Below are positions 10,328 through 22,166 of a stretch of 64,000 nucleotides of DNA, one piece after another. Within the stretch, counting starts at the first letter, position 1, and each line of letters opens with the position of its first letter. The stretch is from an uncultured Planctomycetota bacterium. Lineage in GTDB: Bacteria > Planctomycetota > Planctomycetia > Gemmatales > Gemmataceae. The stretch covers positions 32,001 to 96,000 of the forward strand of contig CAWKHF010000004.1 in assembly GCA_963849325.1 (NCBI GenBank). Direction: 5' to 3'. Below the pieces are notes generated by a model that ran no database searches, was not told where the DNA came from, and was given only the letters and a program-made list of their open reading frames with translations. The position numbers and the translations under genes are program-made.

Positions 10328-11873
10328 CTACTTCCGCGGAGCCTTGAGGGTCTCCGACAGCCGGGCCTCCTGGGCCTTGAGCCACGTTTCGTAACCTTTA
10401 GCTCGACTCCCGACATACTTGTAGGTATCAAAGATCTCGCCCTTGCCCAGGGCACGGGGATCCTGCTCTTCACGGAGCATGCGAAACATCCGCTCGCGCA
10501 GTTCGGCCATCACCTGGGTATGGGGCGGATCCTGGGCGAGGTTGCGCAGGCACTCGGGGTCGTCGGCCAGACGATACAGCATGTCCGCCGGCCGCTTGCC
10601 GAAGCACAGCTCATAGTAGTGTCCGCCCAGGAGCTTGAGCGCTTCCTTGGTCGGGCCGGGATCGCAGTTGCCAAAATCCGTCTCCGGGTTGCAGGCTGGC
10701 CAGCGTTCGGGAAAGTAGTTGTGGACATAGAGAAACTCGGGCGTCCGAATCGCCCGCACCGGATAGCCCAGGTCGTTCGGCCGACCGATGTCGTGTCGCT
10801 CTTTGCCGATCAGCATCACCTTTCGCGCCGGATCGATCCAGCCGGACTTCTTCGAGCGCAAGAGGTCTGCGAAGCTGCGGCCGGTCATCTGCGCGGGCGG
10901 CTTCAACCCCGCCAGTTCCAGGTACGTCGGCGCCAGGTCGCGCACGTTGATGAAGTCCTCGACGACGCGGCCCGGTTTGACGGCCTCGCCCCAGCGGACG
11001 GCCAGCGGCAGGTGGAAGCCGTCCTCGAAGATCTGCCCCTTAACGTAGGGGAACGGCATCCCATGATCCGACGTGACCACGATGAGGGTGCGGTCCAACT
11101 CGCCCGCGTCTTCCAGCAACTGGAGCGCTCTGCCGATGTGGCGGTCGCCCCACTCGACTTCGATGGCGTAGTCAAGCAGGTCGGAGCGAACCGCCGCCAC
11201 ATCCGGCAGGTAGGCCGGCACCTTCACGTCCGCCGGACGTTTGCCGAGCCGGACGCCGGAGCCGCGCTCGTAGGGGCGGTGCGGCTCGTGGAAGCCCATC
11301 CAGAAGCAGAACGGTCGGCCCGCGGGCCGCTGCTTGAGGAAGGCGGCGAAGTTGCCAGCGTAGTCGTTCCGGCCGATCCCCGAGGCAGGCACCTTTTGCT
11401 TGAGCTGGTCGAAGCTCGGCCCCGCTGGGTTGCGCGGGAAGCCCGCGGCGGTCTTGAAGTCGCCCGGTCCCCAGCCCTTGCCGGTCAGGCCGATCGTGTA
11501 GCCGGCCTGTTCGAGCAGGTCGGGGTAGACAGCGAACCCGGACGGGAAAAGGCCGAAATGGCAGGCTGGCTTCTTTGAGCTGCCAGGTGTTGCGCCCGGT
11601 GAGGATGCTGGCGCGGCACGGACTGCACTTGGGGTTGGAGGTGAAGCCGTGTTTGAACAAGATGCCCTCGCGGGCGATGCGGTCGAAGTGGGGAGTCTTC
11701 ACCCAGGTACAACCATAGGCGCCGGAGTGATTCCAGCCCCAGTCATCGAAGATAATGAACAGAATGTTCGGGCGCTTGGCCTGCTCCGCAGCCTGCAGCC
11801 GAGGCCCGCCGCTCAGCGTGACAGCGGCCAGGGCCACGGTCACTGTCAGAGGAAAGGAAACGCTGCGCATCAC
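10328..11873 (-). CDS. Sulfatase (frameshifts near 11560 and 11395)
   Basis: RPNILFIIFDD, CSPCRASILTGR, EPHRPY, TSDHGMPF across joined frames. Confidence 0.85.
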
Positions 11874-13244
11874 CTTGATCTCCCATCGAGGGCGCGAGAA
11901 TGGAAAGGTTGGAATTCTTGTGCCGCTTTGTAGTGCCGGTCAGCGAAGTCGAAGAAGATCTTCCAGTCGGCCGGCAGGACCGTGTGACCGCTACTGTGGT
12001 AATGGTACGCCAGGCTGCCATCGGCGAACGGCTGGTCCAACGCTGGCATTTGGGTAACGCCCAGGTCCTTCGCTCCCAGCAGACGGTAAACCGGTCCAGC
12101 GGCCACCAAGGCGAGGAACTGACCCTTGGGATCGCTCCATTGATCCTTGATCCCGCCGCTCACGAAGACAGGGCGAGGAGCAGACAGGGCGATCAGCAGG
12201 TGTTGATCCACGGCCAGTTCGTTCCACTTCCCAACCCACTTTTGCAGGTTGCCAGCAAATTGATAGCCGAAGCGCTCGGCCATGTCGTCCAGAGTCTCGC
12301 CCCAGTCGCGGCGGATCAGCGACGCACCCATCTCACCCGGAACAGCGGCGAACACCGCCGCCACTCGTTCGTCTTGAGCGCTGGCCCAAAGGACAGTCTT
12401 GCCCAACCGCGAGGCGCCGGTAATGGCGATGTGCTTGGCGTTGACGGATTTGTCGGTCTCCAAATAGTCGATGGTCCGGCTCAGCCCCCATGCCCAGGCG
12501 CTGAATCGTACCCCACTCGTTCGCCGCGGGTTTCGTCTGCCCTTGCTTCAGCGTCAAGCCGATCGCGCCCTCGGTCCAGCGGTTGGGCCTGTCCGGTTGG
12601 ATGTCGCTGTAGCCCAGCGCGGCGTAACCCCACCCACGGCTCAAAGTTTCCTCAACGAGATCGAACCGGCCCGGCGGCCTGCCGCCGCCCCGCGGCGCAA
12701 AGGTAAGGTTCAACAGTACCGGAACCGGACCATTCGCTTTGGCTGGTGTGAAGACGGTCAGGTTCATTCGGGGGCCATCTTTCGTTTCCCCCATTCTGCC
12801 AATGATGCGCCGCAGGACGGCCGTGCCCTTGCGAGCGTTGTCGTCGGTTTGGGTAACCTCCCAGGTGACCTTGGGGGCGTTCTCCGGGACAGCGCCGTAG
12901 ATCTCGTCGCGGAAGAACCTCAAGATCTCGGGACGTTGCTGCTTGAGCCACATCGCTGCGGTGGTGACGCGGCGTTTGTCGGACGTGACAAGGGGGTCCG
13001 GAAGTGTGTAGGGAGCGACCTTGTCCTCGGAGTAGTTCGAGACGTGGCCCGTAGCTTTGGCGAGGCGAACGGGGTTTCCTTGGGGATCGTTCTTGCCGAT
13101 GAAGGGAACGTTATCAGGGTTCCCCGTTGTACCTGGCGCGGGAAGCTTGTCCTTGTCCGGCTGCGAAGCCGGTTGCTGGGCCACAGTCAAAGTGAGGAAA
13201 CCGAGCATGAGGGCAAGCGCGATGGACCAGGTCCACGTTTGCAT
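11870..13244 (-). CDS. Glucuronoyl-esterase-like (CE15-type) secreted carbohydrate esterase (frameshift near 12500)
   Basis: Signal peptide, YTLPDPL, ITGASRLGKTVLWA (CE15 GxSRxGK), DQHLLIALSAPRP, WSDPKG. Confidence 0.75.
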
Positions 13245-13547
13245 TGGAGATCTCCTGATGGGGAAAGAGACTCGGTCAATGATGCGACGATACCCGCGAG
13301 GGTGTGCGCGGTCAATGGCGCTATGGGAAAATGGTTGTTGTGGGCGTGGGTGGTGGTGATCTCGTGAGGATAGGGGCGAGGCCGCGATCGTCGGCTGTAG
13401 GAGGTGAAAAGTTACAGAATAGGGCGTGGAAACGGCGGACGCCGGGAGTTTGCACTCTCGGCGTCACGTGTCAACTGGCTTTGCCCATAAACTCGGGGAA
13501 ATAGGAATCTGGCAAAGAGAGGCTCCCGTCCACCTTCGCCATCTCAC

Positions 13548-14219
13548 CGTTTCGGCAGATCGCCCAGGTCTGCAAGGTCCGGCCGAGCCACGCGATCATC
13601 GCCGGCGGCCGGCCCAGGCCCGCCAACTTGAAGACCACGGCATCTCGACTTACCTGCACGTTCCCTCCCCGGGCTTGCTCGAGAGCTTCATTGGCGACGG
13701 GGTGCGCAAGTTCATCTTTGAGGGGCGAGAGTGCGGCGGCCACGTTGGGCCGCGAAGCAGTTTCGCCCTGTGGCAGACGGCCATCGACGTGCTGTTGGCA
13801 GCGGAAACGGCGCATCCCGAGGAATTCCATATCGTGTTCGCCGGCGGGATCCACGACCGCCTCTCGACGGGCACGGTGGCGACGCTGGCCGCGCCTCTCG
13901 GCCCGGGGCATGAAGATCGGCGTGCTCATGGGCACCGCCTACCTGTTCACCCACGAGGCCGTGCGGAGCGGGGCTATCCTGCCCGAGTTCCAGCACCGGG
14001 CGAGGACGTGCCAGGAGACGATTTTGTTAGAGTCGTCTCTCGGGCACGCCACCCGCTGCGTCAACACCCCGTTCGCGGAGGAGTTCAACCGCGTCCGCAC
14101 CGAGTTGATTCGGTCGGGGAAAAGCACCGACGAGATTGGCGAACAACTGGAGAGGCTGAACGTCGGACGCCTGCGGATCGCCTCCAAGGGTGTAACTCGT
14201 CCCTCCGATCCACGCCAAC
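13548..14219 (+). pseudogene. Internal fragment of a type I PKS FMN-dependent (FabK/nitronate-monooxygenase-like) domain
   Basis: IIAGGRP, TYLHVPSPGLL, FIFEGRECGGHVGPRSSF, FAGGIHD, GVLMGTAYLFT, LNVGRLRIASKG in broken frames; no start or end. Confidence 0.7.
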
Positions 14220-14325
14220 CCGGAGCTTTGCAACGTAATTCGGCAAAATGTCAAGTTGGTGAACATGGTTAGTCACCTAGCTTCACCAGATTACCACTTT
14301 CCGGAATTACGTTGCAAAGCCCCGG
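14220..14325. mobile_element. ~106-bp MITE-like foldback element
   Basis: Terminal inverted repeats ccggagctttgcaacgtaattcggcaaaatg / cactttccggaattacgttgcaaagccccgg, plus an inner tggtgaa/ttcacca pair. Confidence 0.6.
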
Positions 14326-14413
14326 ACCCCGTCCGGGAGCCTCGGTACCAGAGACTCCTCGGTGGCCACCCAGCTGAGGGCGGCATCGTCCACGATGGAG
14401 GCCTGCCGGTGAC

Positions 14414-14570
14414 ATGGGTGCGTGGGGGCAAGCCACTCGGGCGATCCGCTGGGTTCTCCACCTGCTCGTGCTGTCCCGTAGCCAACGCCTGCGGGAGAAT
14501 CTGGCTCTCCGCCAGCAACTGTCCGTGCGGAGCCGGCAGCGTTCGCGACCGTCTGTCCTATCCGCAATAG
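14414..14570 (+). pseudogene. N-terminal remnant of an rve-integrase-type transposase
   Basis: SRSQRLRENLALRQQLSV resembles the ENLALRQQL N-terminus of integrase-core transposases. Confidence 0.4.
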
Positions 14571-14593
14571 CTTTGCCTTTAAATTCCCGGCTC

Positions 14594-14641
14594 TCGACAT
14601 AAGTCCTTGATCGAGAACCTCACATTCGACATAAGTCCTTG
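14594..14641 (+). repeat. 16-bp direct repeat tcgacataagtccttg x2 (32-bp period)
   Basis: Identical copies at 14594-14609 and 14626-14641. Confidence 0.75.
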
Positions 14642-14787
14642 TTCTTGGACTTCGCGTCGGAGTTTATGGGCAAAGTTCCAGAGAGTTGCCATCGGGGAAA
14701 GATCGGTTTAACCTGATGAGATAGTTCAAGCTTCGGCCGATTTGATTTTGACACTCGCCAGGGATTTCCGGATTCGGAGGTAGAGGG

Positions 14788-17595
14788 ATGAGACGCTTCC
14801 TGTTCCTCCTCGGGTGGGCTGTTTTGCCGGCGCCGCTGGCCGCCGGAGAAAGCGTCGATTACCTCCGCGATGTCAAGCCGGTGCTGAAGGGACGTTGTTT
14901 CGCCTGTCACGGCACCTTGAAGCAGCAGGCGAAGCTCCGGCTGGATGCCGCCGCGCTAATCCGCAAGGGAGGACGCCACGGGCCGGCAGTCAAGCCGGGC
15001 GATGCCGCCGGCAGCTTGCTCATCGAGCGGATCACCGATCCCGAAGAGAGTACGCGGATGCCGCCCCAGGGGAAGCCGCTCACCGATAAACAGATCGCCC
15101 TGCTGAAAGCCTGGATCGATCAGGGCGCCCCCAACCCGTCTGACGATCAGCCGGAAGAAGATCCGCGCCGTCACTGGGCATTCCAGAAGCCCGTTCGCCC
15201 CCCTGTACCTACCGGAGCGGATGGGGGCGGCAGCCGCAATCCGGTCGATGCGTTTCTGGCCGCTTCGCGCACCCGCAAGGGCGTGACGCGGAGTCCGTCC
15301 GCAACTCGCGCCGCCTTGCTGCGTCGCGTCTACCTGGACCTGATCGGACTACCGCCCAGCCGCGAGCAGCTGCACGCCTTCCTCGCGGATCCCGCGCCGG
15401 ACGCTTACGAGAAGGTCGTTGATCGGCTGCTGGCCAGCCCCCAGTACGGCGAGCGCTGGGGACGGCACTGGATGGATGTCTGGCGCTACAGCGATTGGTA
15501 CGGCCGGCGCGCCGTCCCCGATGTAATGAATAGCTATCCCCGGATCTGGCGCTGGCGCGATTGGATCGTCCGCTCGCTGAACGAGGACAAGGGCTACGAC
15601 CGCATGATTGAGGAGATGCTCGCGGCGGACGAAATTAGCCCGGAGGACGAGGACAGCCTGGCCGCCACCGGCTTCCTCGTCCGTAACTGGTTCAAATGGA
15701 ACTATAACCAGTGGATGCGCGACAACGTCGAACACACGGGCAAGGCGTTCCTCGGCCTCACCTTCAATTGCTGCCACTGTCACGATCACAAGTACGACCC
15801 GATCACTCAGCAGGAATACTTCCGGTTCCGCGCCTTCTTCGAGCCTCTGGAACTGCGGCACGATCGCGTCGCCGGCGAGCCGGACCCCGGCCCATTCAAG
15901 AAGTACGTTTACGGCGTCGCCTATGGACCGATCACCAGCGGTCGAATCCGCGTCTTTGATGAGAAGCTTGACGCTCCGACCTTCTTCTACAGCGGCGGCG
16001 ACGAGCGCAACCGCGTCGCGGGCAAGCCGCCCGTCCTGCCGGGCGTGCCCGCCGCACTGGGCGGTGATCGACTCCAGATCCAGCCGGTGAAACTGCCGCC
16101 GCAGGCGTGGTATCCCGGACTGCGACCGTTCGTGCAACAGGAGGAGATGGAGCGGCGACAGACCGCCGTCACCGCGGCCGAGGCGGCGCTGGCGAAATCC
16201 AGGATGGCATTGGTCGACGCCGAGCGAGCGCTGGCGGAGGCGCGCGGCACGGCATCCGCAGCGAAGGGGATACCGCCGGTCGTGGCCGACGTGCTGGCCA
16301 AGCGAGCCTGGGCCGTCGAGGAGGCCGGCCGGGCCGTGCGCTTAGCCGGGGCTAGGAGGACATTGGCCCGCTCGGACCTCGCCTCGATTGTGGCCCGCAT
16401 CGCCGCCGACAAGGTCGTCCATCTCGGCGCGAAAGGTGACGCCAAGGAAATGTCGCGCCTGGCTAGCAGGGCGGAGCGGCAGTACCACCTCGATGCCGCG
16501 CTGCTGGGGCAAGTGCAGGTCGAAAATGCCCTGGTGACGGCGCGGGAACCACGCGGCGCCAGCACAGATTCAGCTGCTGGAGAAGCAACTCGCCGGCGCG
16601 AAAGCCCAGAGCGCCGCCTGCCGCACGGCCCTCGCCAGCGACTCCACCACCTATACGCCGCTGTCGCCGACCTATCCGCGTACCAGCACGGGCCGGCGAG
16701 ACGCGCTGTGCGCTGGATCGTTCGCAAGGACAATCCGCTCACCGCGCGCGTCGCGGTCAATCACATCTGGGGCTGGCACTTCGGCCAGCCGCTGGTGGGG
16801 ACGACCTTCAACTTCGGTCGCAGCGGCGCGCGGCCGAGCCACCCGGAATTGCTCGACTGGCTGGCCGTCGAACTGATGGAGAACGGCTGGCACATGAAAC
16901 CGCTGCATCGCCGGATCGTCACCAGCGAAGCCTATCGCCTGCGCTCGCGGATCGGCGGCCGGGACGACGCCAACCAAAAGATCGACCCGGAGGACCGCCT
17001 GCTCTGGCGTTTCCCCTTGCGGCGCATGGAAGCCGAGGAGGTGCGCGACAGCGTCCTTTTCGTCGCCGGCGAACTGGATCCGACGATGGGCGGGCCCGAG
17101 ACGCCCCACGAGCAGGGGTTGACATCACGCCGGCGCAGCCTCTATTTCGCACATCACGGCGAGAGTAAGATGGAGTTCCTCGAACTATTCGATGGGGCCA
17201 ATGCCTGTGATGCGTACCGGCGCTCCACGTCCGTGTTGCCGCAGCAGGCACTGGCCCTGAGCAACAGCGAACTGGAACTGCGTCAAGGCCGCGTGCTGGC
17301 CCACAAACTCTGGCGGATCATCGAGTCCGATCGGACGGTGGCCGATCCCGAGACGATGTTTATTCGTGCGGCCTTCGAGCAGGTTCTCGGCCGTGCCCCC
17401 TCGGACGCGGAACAACAAGCCTCGGTTGCGTTCCTGGCTCGGCAGATACGGCTGTTTCAGCGGCAGAAGACCGAGATCGAAGCGGCGAGCAAGGCCGCTG
17501 GAGCTGCCGGGCCCGCAGAGGACCCGGCGATGCGAGGCCGCGAGAACTTCATCCACGCCCTGTTCAACCACAACGACTTCGTGATGGTGCGCTAA
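14788..17595 (+). CDS. Planctomycete cytochrome c (PSCyt1)/DUF1549/DUF1553 protein
   Basis: CFACHG, HWAFQKP, YGERWGRHWMDVWRYSD, CHCHDHKYDP, NPLTARVAVN, PSHPELLDWLA; local compensating frameshifts ~16545-16700. Confidence 0.9.
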   Translation: MRRFLFLLGWAVLPAPLAAGESVDYLRDVKPVLKGRCFACHGTLKQQAKLRLDAAALIRKGGRHGPAVKPGDAAGSLLIERITDPEESTRMPPQGKPLTDKQIALLKAWIDQGAPNPSDDQPEEDPRRHWAFQKPVRPPVPTGADGGGSRNPVDAFLAASRTRKGVTRSPSATRAALLRRVYLDLIGLPPSREQLHAFLADPAPDAYEKVVDRLLASPQYGERWGRHWMDVWRYSDWYGRRAVPDVMNSYPRIWRWRDWIVRSLNEDKGYDRMIEEMLAADEISPEDEDSLAATGFLVRNWFKWNYNQWMRDNVEHTGKAFLGLTFNCCHCHDHKYDPITQQEYFRFRAFFEPLELRHDRVAGEPDPGPFKKYVYGVAYGPITSGRIRVFDEKLDAPTFFYSGGDERNRVAGKPPVLPGVPAALGGDRLQIQPVKLPPQAWYPGLRPFVQQEEMERRQTAVTAAEAALAKSRMALVDAERALAEARGTASAAKGIPPVVADVLAKRAWAVEEAGRAVRLAGARRTLARSDLASIVARIAADKVVHLGAKGDAKEMSRLASRAERQYHLDAALLGQVQVENALVTAREPRGASTDSAAGEATRRRESPERRLPHGPRQRLHHLYAAVADLSAYQHGPARRAVRWIVRKDNPLTARVAVNHIWGWHFGQPLVGTTFNFGRSGARPSHPELLDWLAVELMENGWHMKPLHRRIVTSEAYRLRSRIGGRDDANQKIDPEDRLLWRFPLRRMEAEEVRDSVLFVAGELDPTMGGPETPHEQGLTSRRRSLYFAHHGESKMEFLELFDGANACDAYRRSTSVLPQQALALSNSELELRQGRVLAHKLWRIIESDRTVADPETMFIRAAFEQVLGRAPSDAEQQASVAFLARQIRLFQRQKTEIEAASKAAGAAGPAEDPAMRGRENFIHALFNHNDFVMVR

Positions 17596-17629
17596 CTCGC
17601 CAGTAAACGACATTCGAGGGGGTATAAAG

Positions 17630-19123
17630 GTGGTATTTCCAACTCGCTCCAGCGGCCCCATGTGCGGACGCCTCAACCGCCGGACGTTCCTCGCCGATGT
17701 CGGCCTGGGCTTCACCGGGCTGGCGATGGGCGCGATGCTGCACCGCGACGGCAGCGCTCGCGCGGACGCCCGCGCCACCGGACAGCCGCCCGACGGCCGA
17801 CCCCACCTGTCGCCACGAGCGAAGAATATCATCTGGATCTTTCTATCTGGCGGGGTCAGTCACCTGGAGAGTTTCGATCCCAAGCCCGCCCTCACCAAGT
17901 ACGCCGGCAAGACCTTCGCCGCCACCCCTTATCCCGATCCGCTCCAGTCGCCGTTGTTTCACGAGCGTTCGCGCGCCGTCGTTGGCGGCGAACGGCCCTA
18001 TCCCAAAATCTTTCCGCTCCAGGTCGGCTTCCGGAAGCACGGCCGGGTCGGTGTGGAGGTCTCCGACTGGTGGCCGCATCTGGCCAGCTGTGTCGATGAC
18101 ATCGCCTTCGTCCGCTCGATGTACACCACCGACAACGATCATGCCGCTGAGTTCCAGATGCACCACGGCCGGCACGCCCTCGACGAGAAGCAACCCGTAC
18201 TCGGCTCTTGGGTGCATTACGGCCTGGGCACCCTCAACGAAAACCTGCCGCAGTTTGTCTTTCTCGGACAATACAAGGACGCGCGCGTCAAGCAGGACTT
18301 CGCCCCGGACTACCTGGGACCGCGTCACGCCGGGGTTGAGCTATCGCTCGATCCGAGCAATCCCCTCCCGTTCGCCGCACGCGGCAAGGGCGTTCTGGCC
18401 CAGGAGCAGCAGGAACAGTTCGCCTTTGTCAACGAGTTGAACAGCCTGGCCGCCGCGGAACATCCCGAGGACGAGCAACTGCGGGCGCGCATCAAGTCGT
18501 ATGAGCTGGCCTTCCGTATGCAGAAGGCGGTGCCCGAGGTGCTGGACCTGAACCGCGAAACCAGCGCCACGCAGCGCCTGTACGGCATCGACAATCCGAC
18601 CACGGCCATCTACGGTCGGCGACTGCTGGCGGCTCGCCGCCTGGCCGAACGCGGCGTCCGCTTCATCCTGGTCTACCTGAGCGATTACGGTGAGTGGGAC
18701 TCGCACCTCGACCTGCGGAACCTGCACGCACGCTCCTGCGGCCGGGTCGATAAGCCGCTGGCAGGGCTTCTGAAGGATCTCAAACGAACCGGGCTGGATA
18801 GGGAGACGTTGGTCGTTTGCTGTAGCGAGTTCGGCCGAACGCCCGGCCTGGAGGTGCGCGATACGTACAAGATGCCGACGGGCCGCGACCATCATCCGCA
18901 CGGCTTCACCGTCTGGTTCGCCGGCGCGGGCATCCAGCGCGGCGTCGTTCACGGCGCGACCGACGAGTTGGGTTTCCATGCGATCGAGCATCCGCACTAC
19001 GTCACCGATATTCATGCCACCGTGCTGAACCGTCTCGGACTCGATCCGCGCCGGCTGGACGTTCCGGGCCGCAAGCGCCTGGACATCGACCACGGGTCGC
19101 CCATCCAGGAGATTCTGAGCTAG
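17630..19123 (+). CDS. DUF1501 domain protein (Tat-like signal)
   Basis: RRTFL, GGVSHLESFDPKP, SYELAFRMQ, WDSH, SEFGRTP, GRDHHP; usual partner of DUF1553. Confidence 0.9.
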   Translation: MVFPTRSSGPMCGRLNRRTFLADVGLGFTGLAMGAMLHRDGSARADARATGQPPDGRPHLSPRAKNIIWIFLSGGVSHLESFDPKPALTKYAGKTFAATPYPDPLQSPLFHERSRAVVGGERPYPKIFPLQVGFRKHGRVGVEVSDWWPHLASCVDDIAFVRSMYTTDNDHAAEFQMHHGRHALDEKQPVLGSWVHYGLGTLNENLPQFVFLGQYKDARVKQDFAPDYLGPRHAGVELSLDPSNPLPFAARGKGVLAQEQQEQFAFVNELNSLAAAEHPEDEQLRARIKSYELAFRMQKAVPEVLDLNRETSATQRLYGIDNPTTAIYGRRLLAARRLAERGVRFILVYLSDYGEWDSHLDLRNLHARSCGRVDKPLAGLLKDLKRTGLDRETLVVCCSEFGRTPGLEVRDTYKMPTGRDHHPHGFTVWFAGAGIQRGVVHGATDELGFHAIEHPHYVTDIHATVLNRLGLDPRRLDVPGRKRLDIDHGSPIQEILS

Positions 19124-19164
19124 TGGGGGCGGGGCATGGGCGGCGAGCACAATCGAGCGAACTG

Positions 19165-22118
19165 ATGAAGTCTTTTACTCCCTTTTTTGTGGCTTTTTTG
19201 ATTGGCATGTCCCTCGTCGTTCTGGCGGCGCCATCCGCCCAGCCCCAAGGATACGGCCCGGAAATGGCCGCGGAGAAGATGTGGGCGGCCGACGGCTTCG
19301 CGGTCAAACTCGTCGCCGCCGAGCCGTTGGTGCGCCAGCCGGTAGCCATAGACTTCGACGAACGTGGCCGCCTCTGGGTCATCCAATACCTGCAATACCC
19401 CAACCCCGCTGGCCTGAAGCGCGTCCAGGTGGACCGCTACTCGCGCACCGTCTACGACCGCGTGCCCGAGCCGCCGCCGAAGGGACCGAAGGGGGCCGAC
19501 CGCATCACCATCCTCGAAGGGCCCGACCCGACCGGACGCTACCGCAAAAGCAAGGACTTTCTCTCCGATTTGAACCTCGCCAGCGGCATGGCCTTCGGTC
19601 ACGGCGGTGTGTTCGTGTTGCAGGCGCCTACTTGCTCTTCTACCCCGACCGCAACCGCGACGATGTGCCCGACGGCGACCCCGACGTGCTGCTCAAGGGG
19701 TTCGGCATGGAGGACGCCCACTCCGTCGCCAACTCGCTGACGTGGGGACCGGACGGCTGGCTTTACGGCTGCCAGGGCAGCACGGTAACAGCTCACATTG
19801 ACGGCATCGAGTTCCAGCAAGGCGTATGGCGCTATCATCCCCTCACGCGCCGCTTCGAGCTGTTCTGCGAGGGCGGCGGCAATTCGTGGGGTCTGGATTT
19901 TGACCGCCACGGCAACCTGCTCTACAGCACTAACCTCGGCGGCTTCACCATGCTGCATGGCGTGCAGGGCGGCTACTACTGGAAGTCATTCGGCAAGCAC
20001 GGGGCGCTGCACAACCCCTTCGCGTTCGGCTACATCGACCACGTCCCCCACCGCCATTTCAAGGGCGGCCACGTCACCGTGGGCGGCCTCGTCTACCAGG
20101 GCGATTCCTGGCCCGCACGCTTTCGCGGCAAGTACGTCGCCGCGGACTTGCTCGGCCACGGCGTCTACTGGCACGATCTGACTCCGGACGGCTCCTCGTT
20201 CCGCTCGGCCCATGGCGGCGAATTGCTGCGGGCCAACGACAGCTGGTTCGCCCCTACGGACGTAGCCCTTGGGCCGGACGGCAGCCTCTACGTCGCCGAC
20301 TGGTTCGACAAGCGCACCGCCCACCCCGACCCCGACGCCGACTGGGACCGCAGCAACGGCCGAGTCTACAAGATCGAGGCGAAGGGAACGAAACCCACGA
20401 CGCCGTTCGACCTGACGAAGCTGTCCAGTGACAAGTTGGTGTCACTCCTCGCGCACCGCAACGACTGGTTCCGCCGCAAGGCCAGGCAAGTCCTCGCCGA
20501 TCGCCGCGACCCGGAGGTCGTGTTCCCTCTCCGCACCCTGATAGCGGAGGCGAAGGATGAGGACTTGCAGCTGCAAGCTCTGTGGGCCCTGTACGTCAGC
20601 GGCGGGTTCACCCATGCCTTCGCCGAGAAGCTGCTCGGCCACCAAAACGCGGCCATCCGCCGCTGGACGGTGCGCTTGCTCGGCGACGAATGCAAGGTGA
20701 CGCCGGTTCTGGCGAAGCGGCTGGCCGAGTTGGCGGCTGCGGAGCCAGACGTCGTGGTGCGCAGCCAACTCGCCTGCACCGCCCGGCGTCTGCCGGCGAA
20801 GGACGGTCTGCCGATTGTGCGGCGCATCCTGGAAAGGAACCTCGACGGTCATGACCCGCACCTGCCGCTGCTACTGTGGTGGGCCATCGAAGCGCACGCC
20901 CTGGATGCGAGAGATCAGGTGCTGGAGTTGTTCGCCACCGCCGAGGCGTGGAAGGCGCCTTTCGTGCGCGACGCGATCCTCGAACGACTGACGCACCGCT
21001 ACGCCGCGGAGGGTGGCGAAGCCGGGTATACAGCCTGCGCTCGGCTGCTGGTCTCCGCGCCGAAGGCTGATCGCGGCCGGGTGCTGGCGTCGCTCGATCA
21101 AGGCTTGCGGGACTGCCCGGCGAGCGGCGCCAAGCTGCCACCGGTGCTGGCGGAACAGCTCGACGCCCTGTGGAGGGACGACACGATCGACGTGACGTTG
21201 ATTCGACTTTCCGCCCGCCTGGGACGACAAGCGGCCCACGATCGCGCCGTCGCGCTGGCCACCGACCCGAAGGCTCCGGACCCAACGCGCGTGGCGATGG
21301 TGCAAGCGCTCGCCGAGGTCGGCAGGCCGAATTGCGTCGCGCCGCTCCTGGAACTTCTCGGAGGGAGCGAGCCGGAAAGGTTGCAAATCGCCGTCCTTGA
21401 CGCCCTTCAGCGCTTCGAGTTGGGGCCAATCGCCGCCGCGCTGTTGCGGCACTACCCGAAGATGTCCTCCCGGCTGCGCCGCGCACGACGGAGATCCTGT
21501 TAAGCCGCAAGGCGTGGGCGAAGGCGTTTCTCCAGGAGATCGATGCCGGGCGCTTCGCCACCAAGGACGTGACGACCGAACAGTTGCGCGTCGTCGCCCT
21601 GCACAAGGATCGGTCGCTGGATGATCTCGTCCGCAAGCACTGGGGCAACGTCCGGCCGGGGACACCGGGCGAGAAGCTCGCCGAGGTGCGCCGGCTCCAT
21701 AACGATCTGCGCGCGGCGCCGGCAGTGCGACCACCGGCCGCGCGTTGTTTGGCCAACACTGCGCCATTTGTCACAAACTGTTCGGCGAGGGCGAGGCGGT
21801 CGGCCCCGATCTGACGCACGCCAACCGCAAAGACCGCGATTATCTGCTCGTCAGCATCGTCGATCCCAGCGCCGTCATCCGCAAGGAGTACCTCGCCTAC
21901 AACGTGCAGACGACCGACGGCCGCACCCTCAGCGGTCTCCTCGCGGAACAGACGCCGAACGCCGTCACGCTGCTCGACGGCAAGAATCAGCGCACGAAGA
22001 TCGCCCGCGACCAGATCGAGTCGATACGGGAGTCGCCGGTTTCGCTGATGCCGGAGGACCTCCTCAAGAAGTTGAAGCCGCAGGAATTGCGTGACCTGTT
22101 CAGCTACCTGCAAAGTGA
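19165..22118 (+). CDS. PVC-type heme-binding membrane dehydrogenase-like protein (frameshifts near 19630, 21480, 21730; 3' end approximate)
   Basis: LVAAEPLVRQPVAIDFDERGRLWV, WGPDGWLYG, GPDGSLYVADW, HEAT-like helices, CAICH, GPDLT, SLMPE. Confidence 0.85.
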
Positions 22119-22166
22119 CAACCCGCCCATTACCCCGAAAGGATCGCCCGCCGGAGGAACCACCCG

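Larger units (their letters stand above)
13479..14675. mobile_element. Segment bounded by a perfect 16-bp inverted repeat (degenerate IS-derived unit, no transposase)
   Basis: ctttgcccataaactc at 13479-13494 and gagtttatgggcaaag at 14660-14675. Confidence 0.55.
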
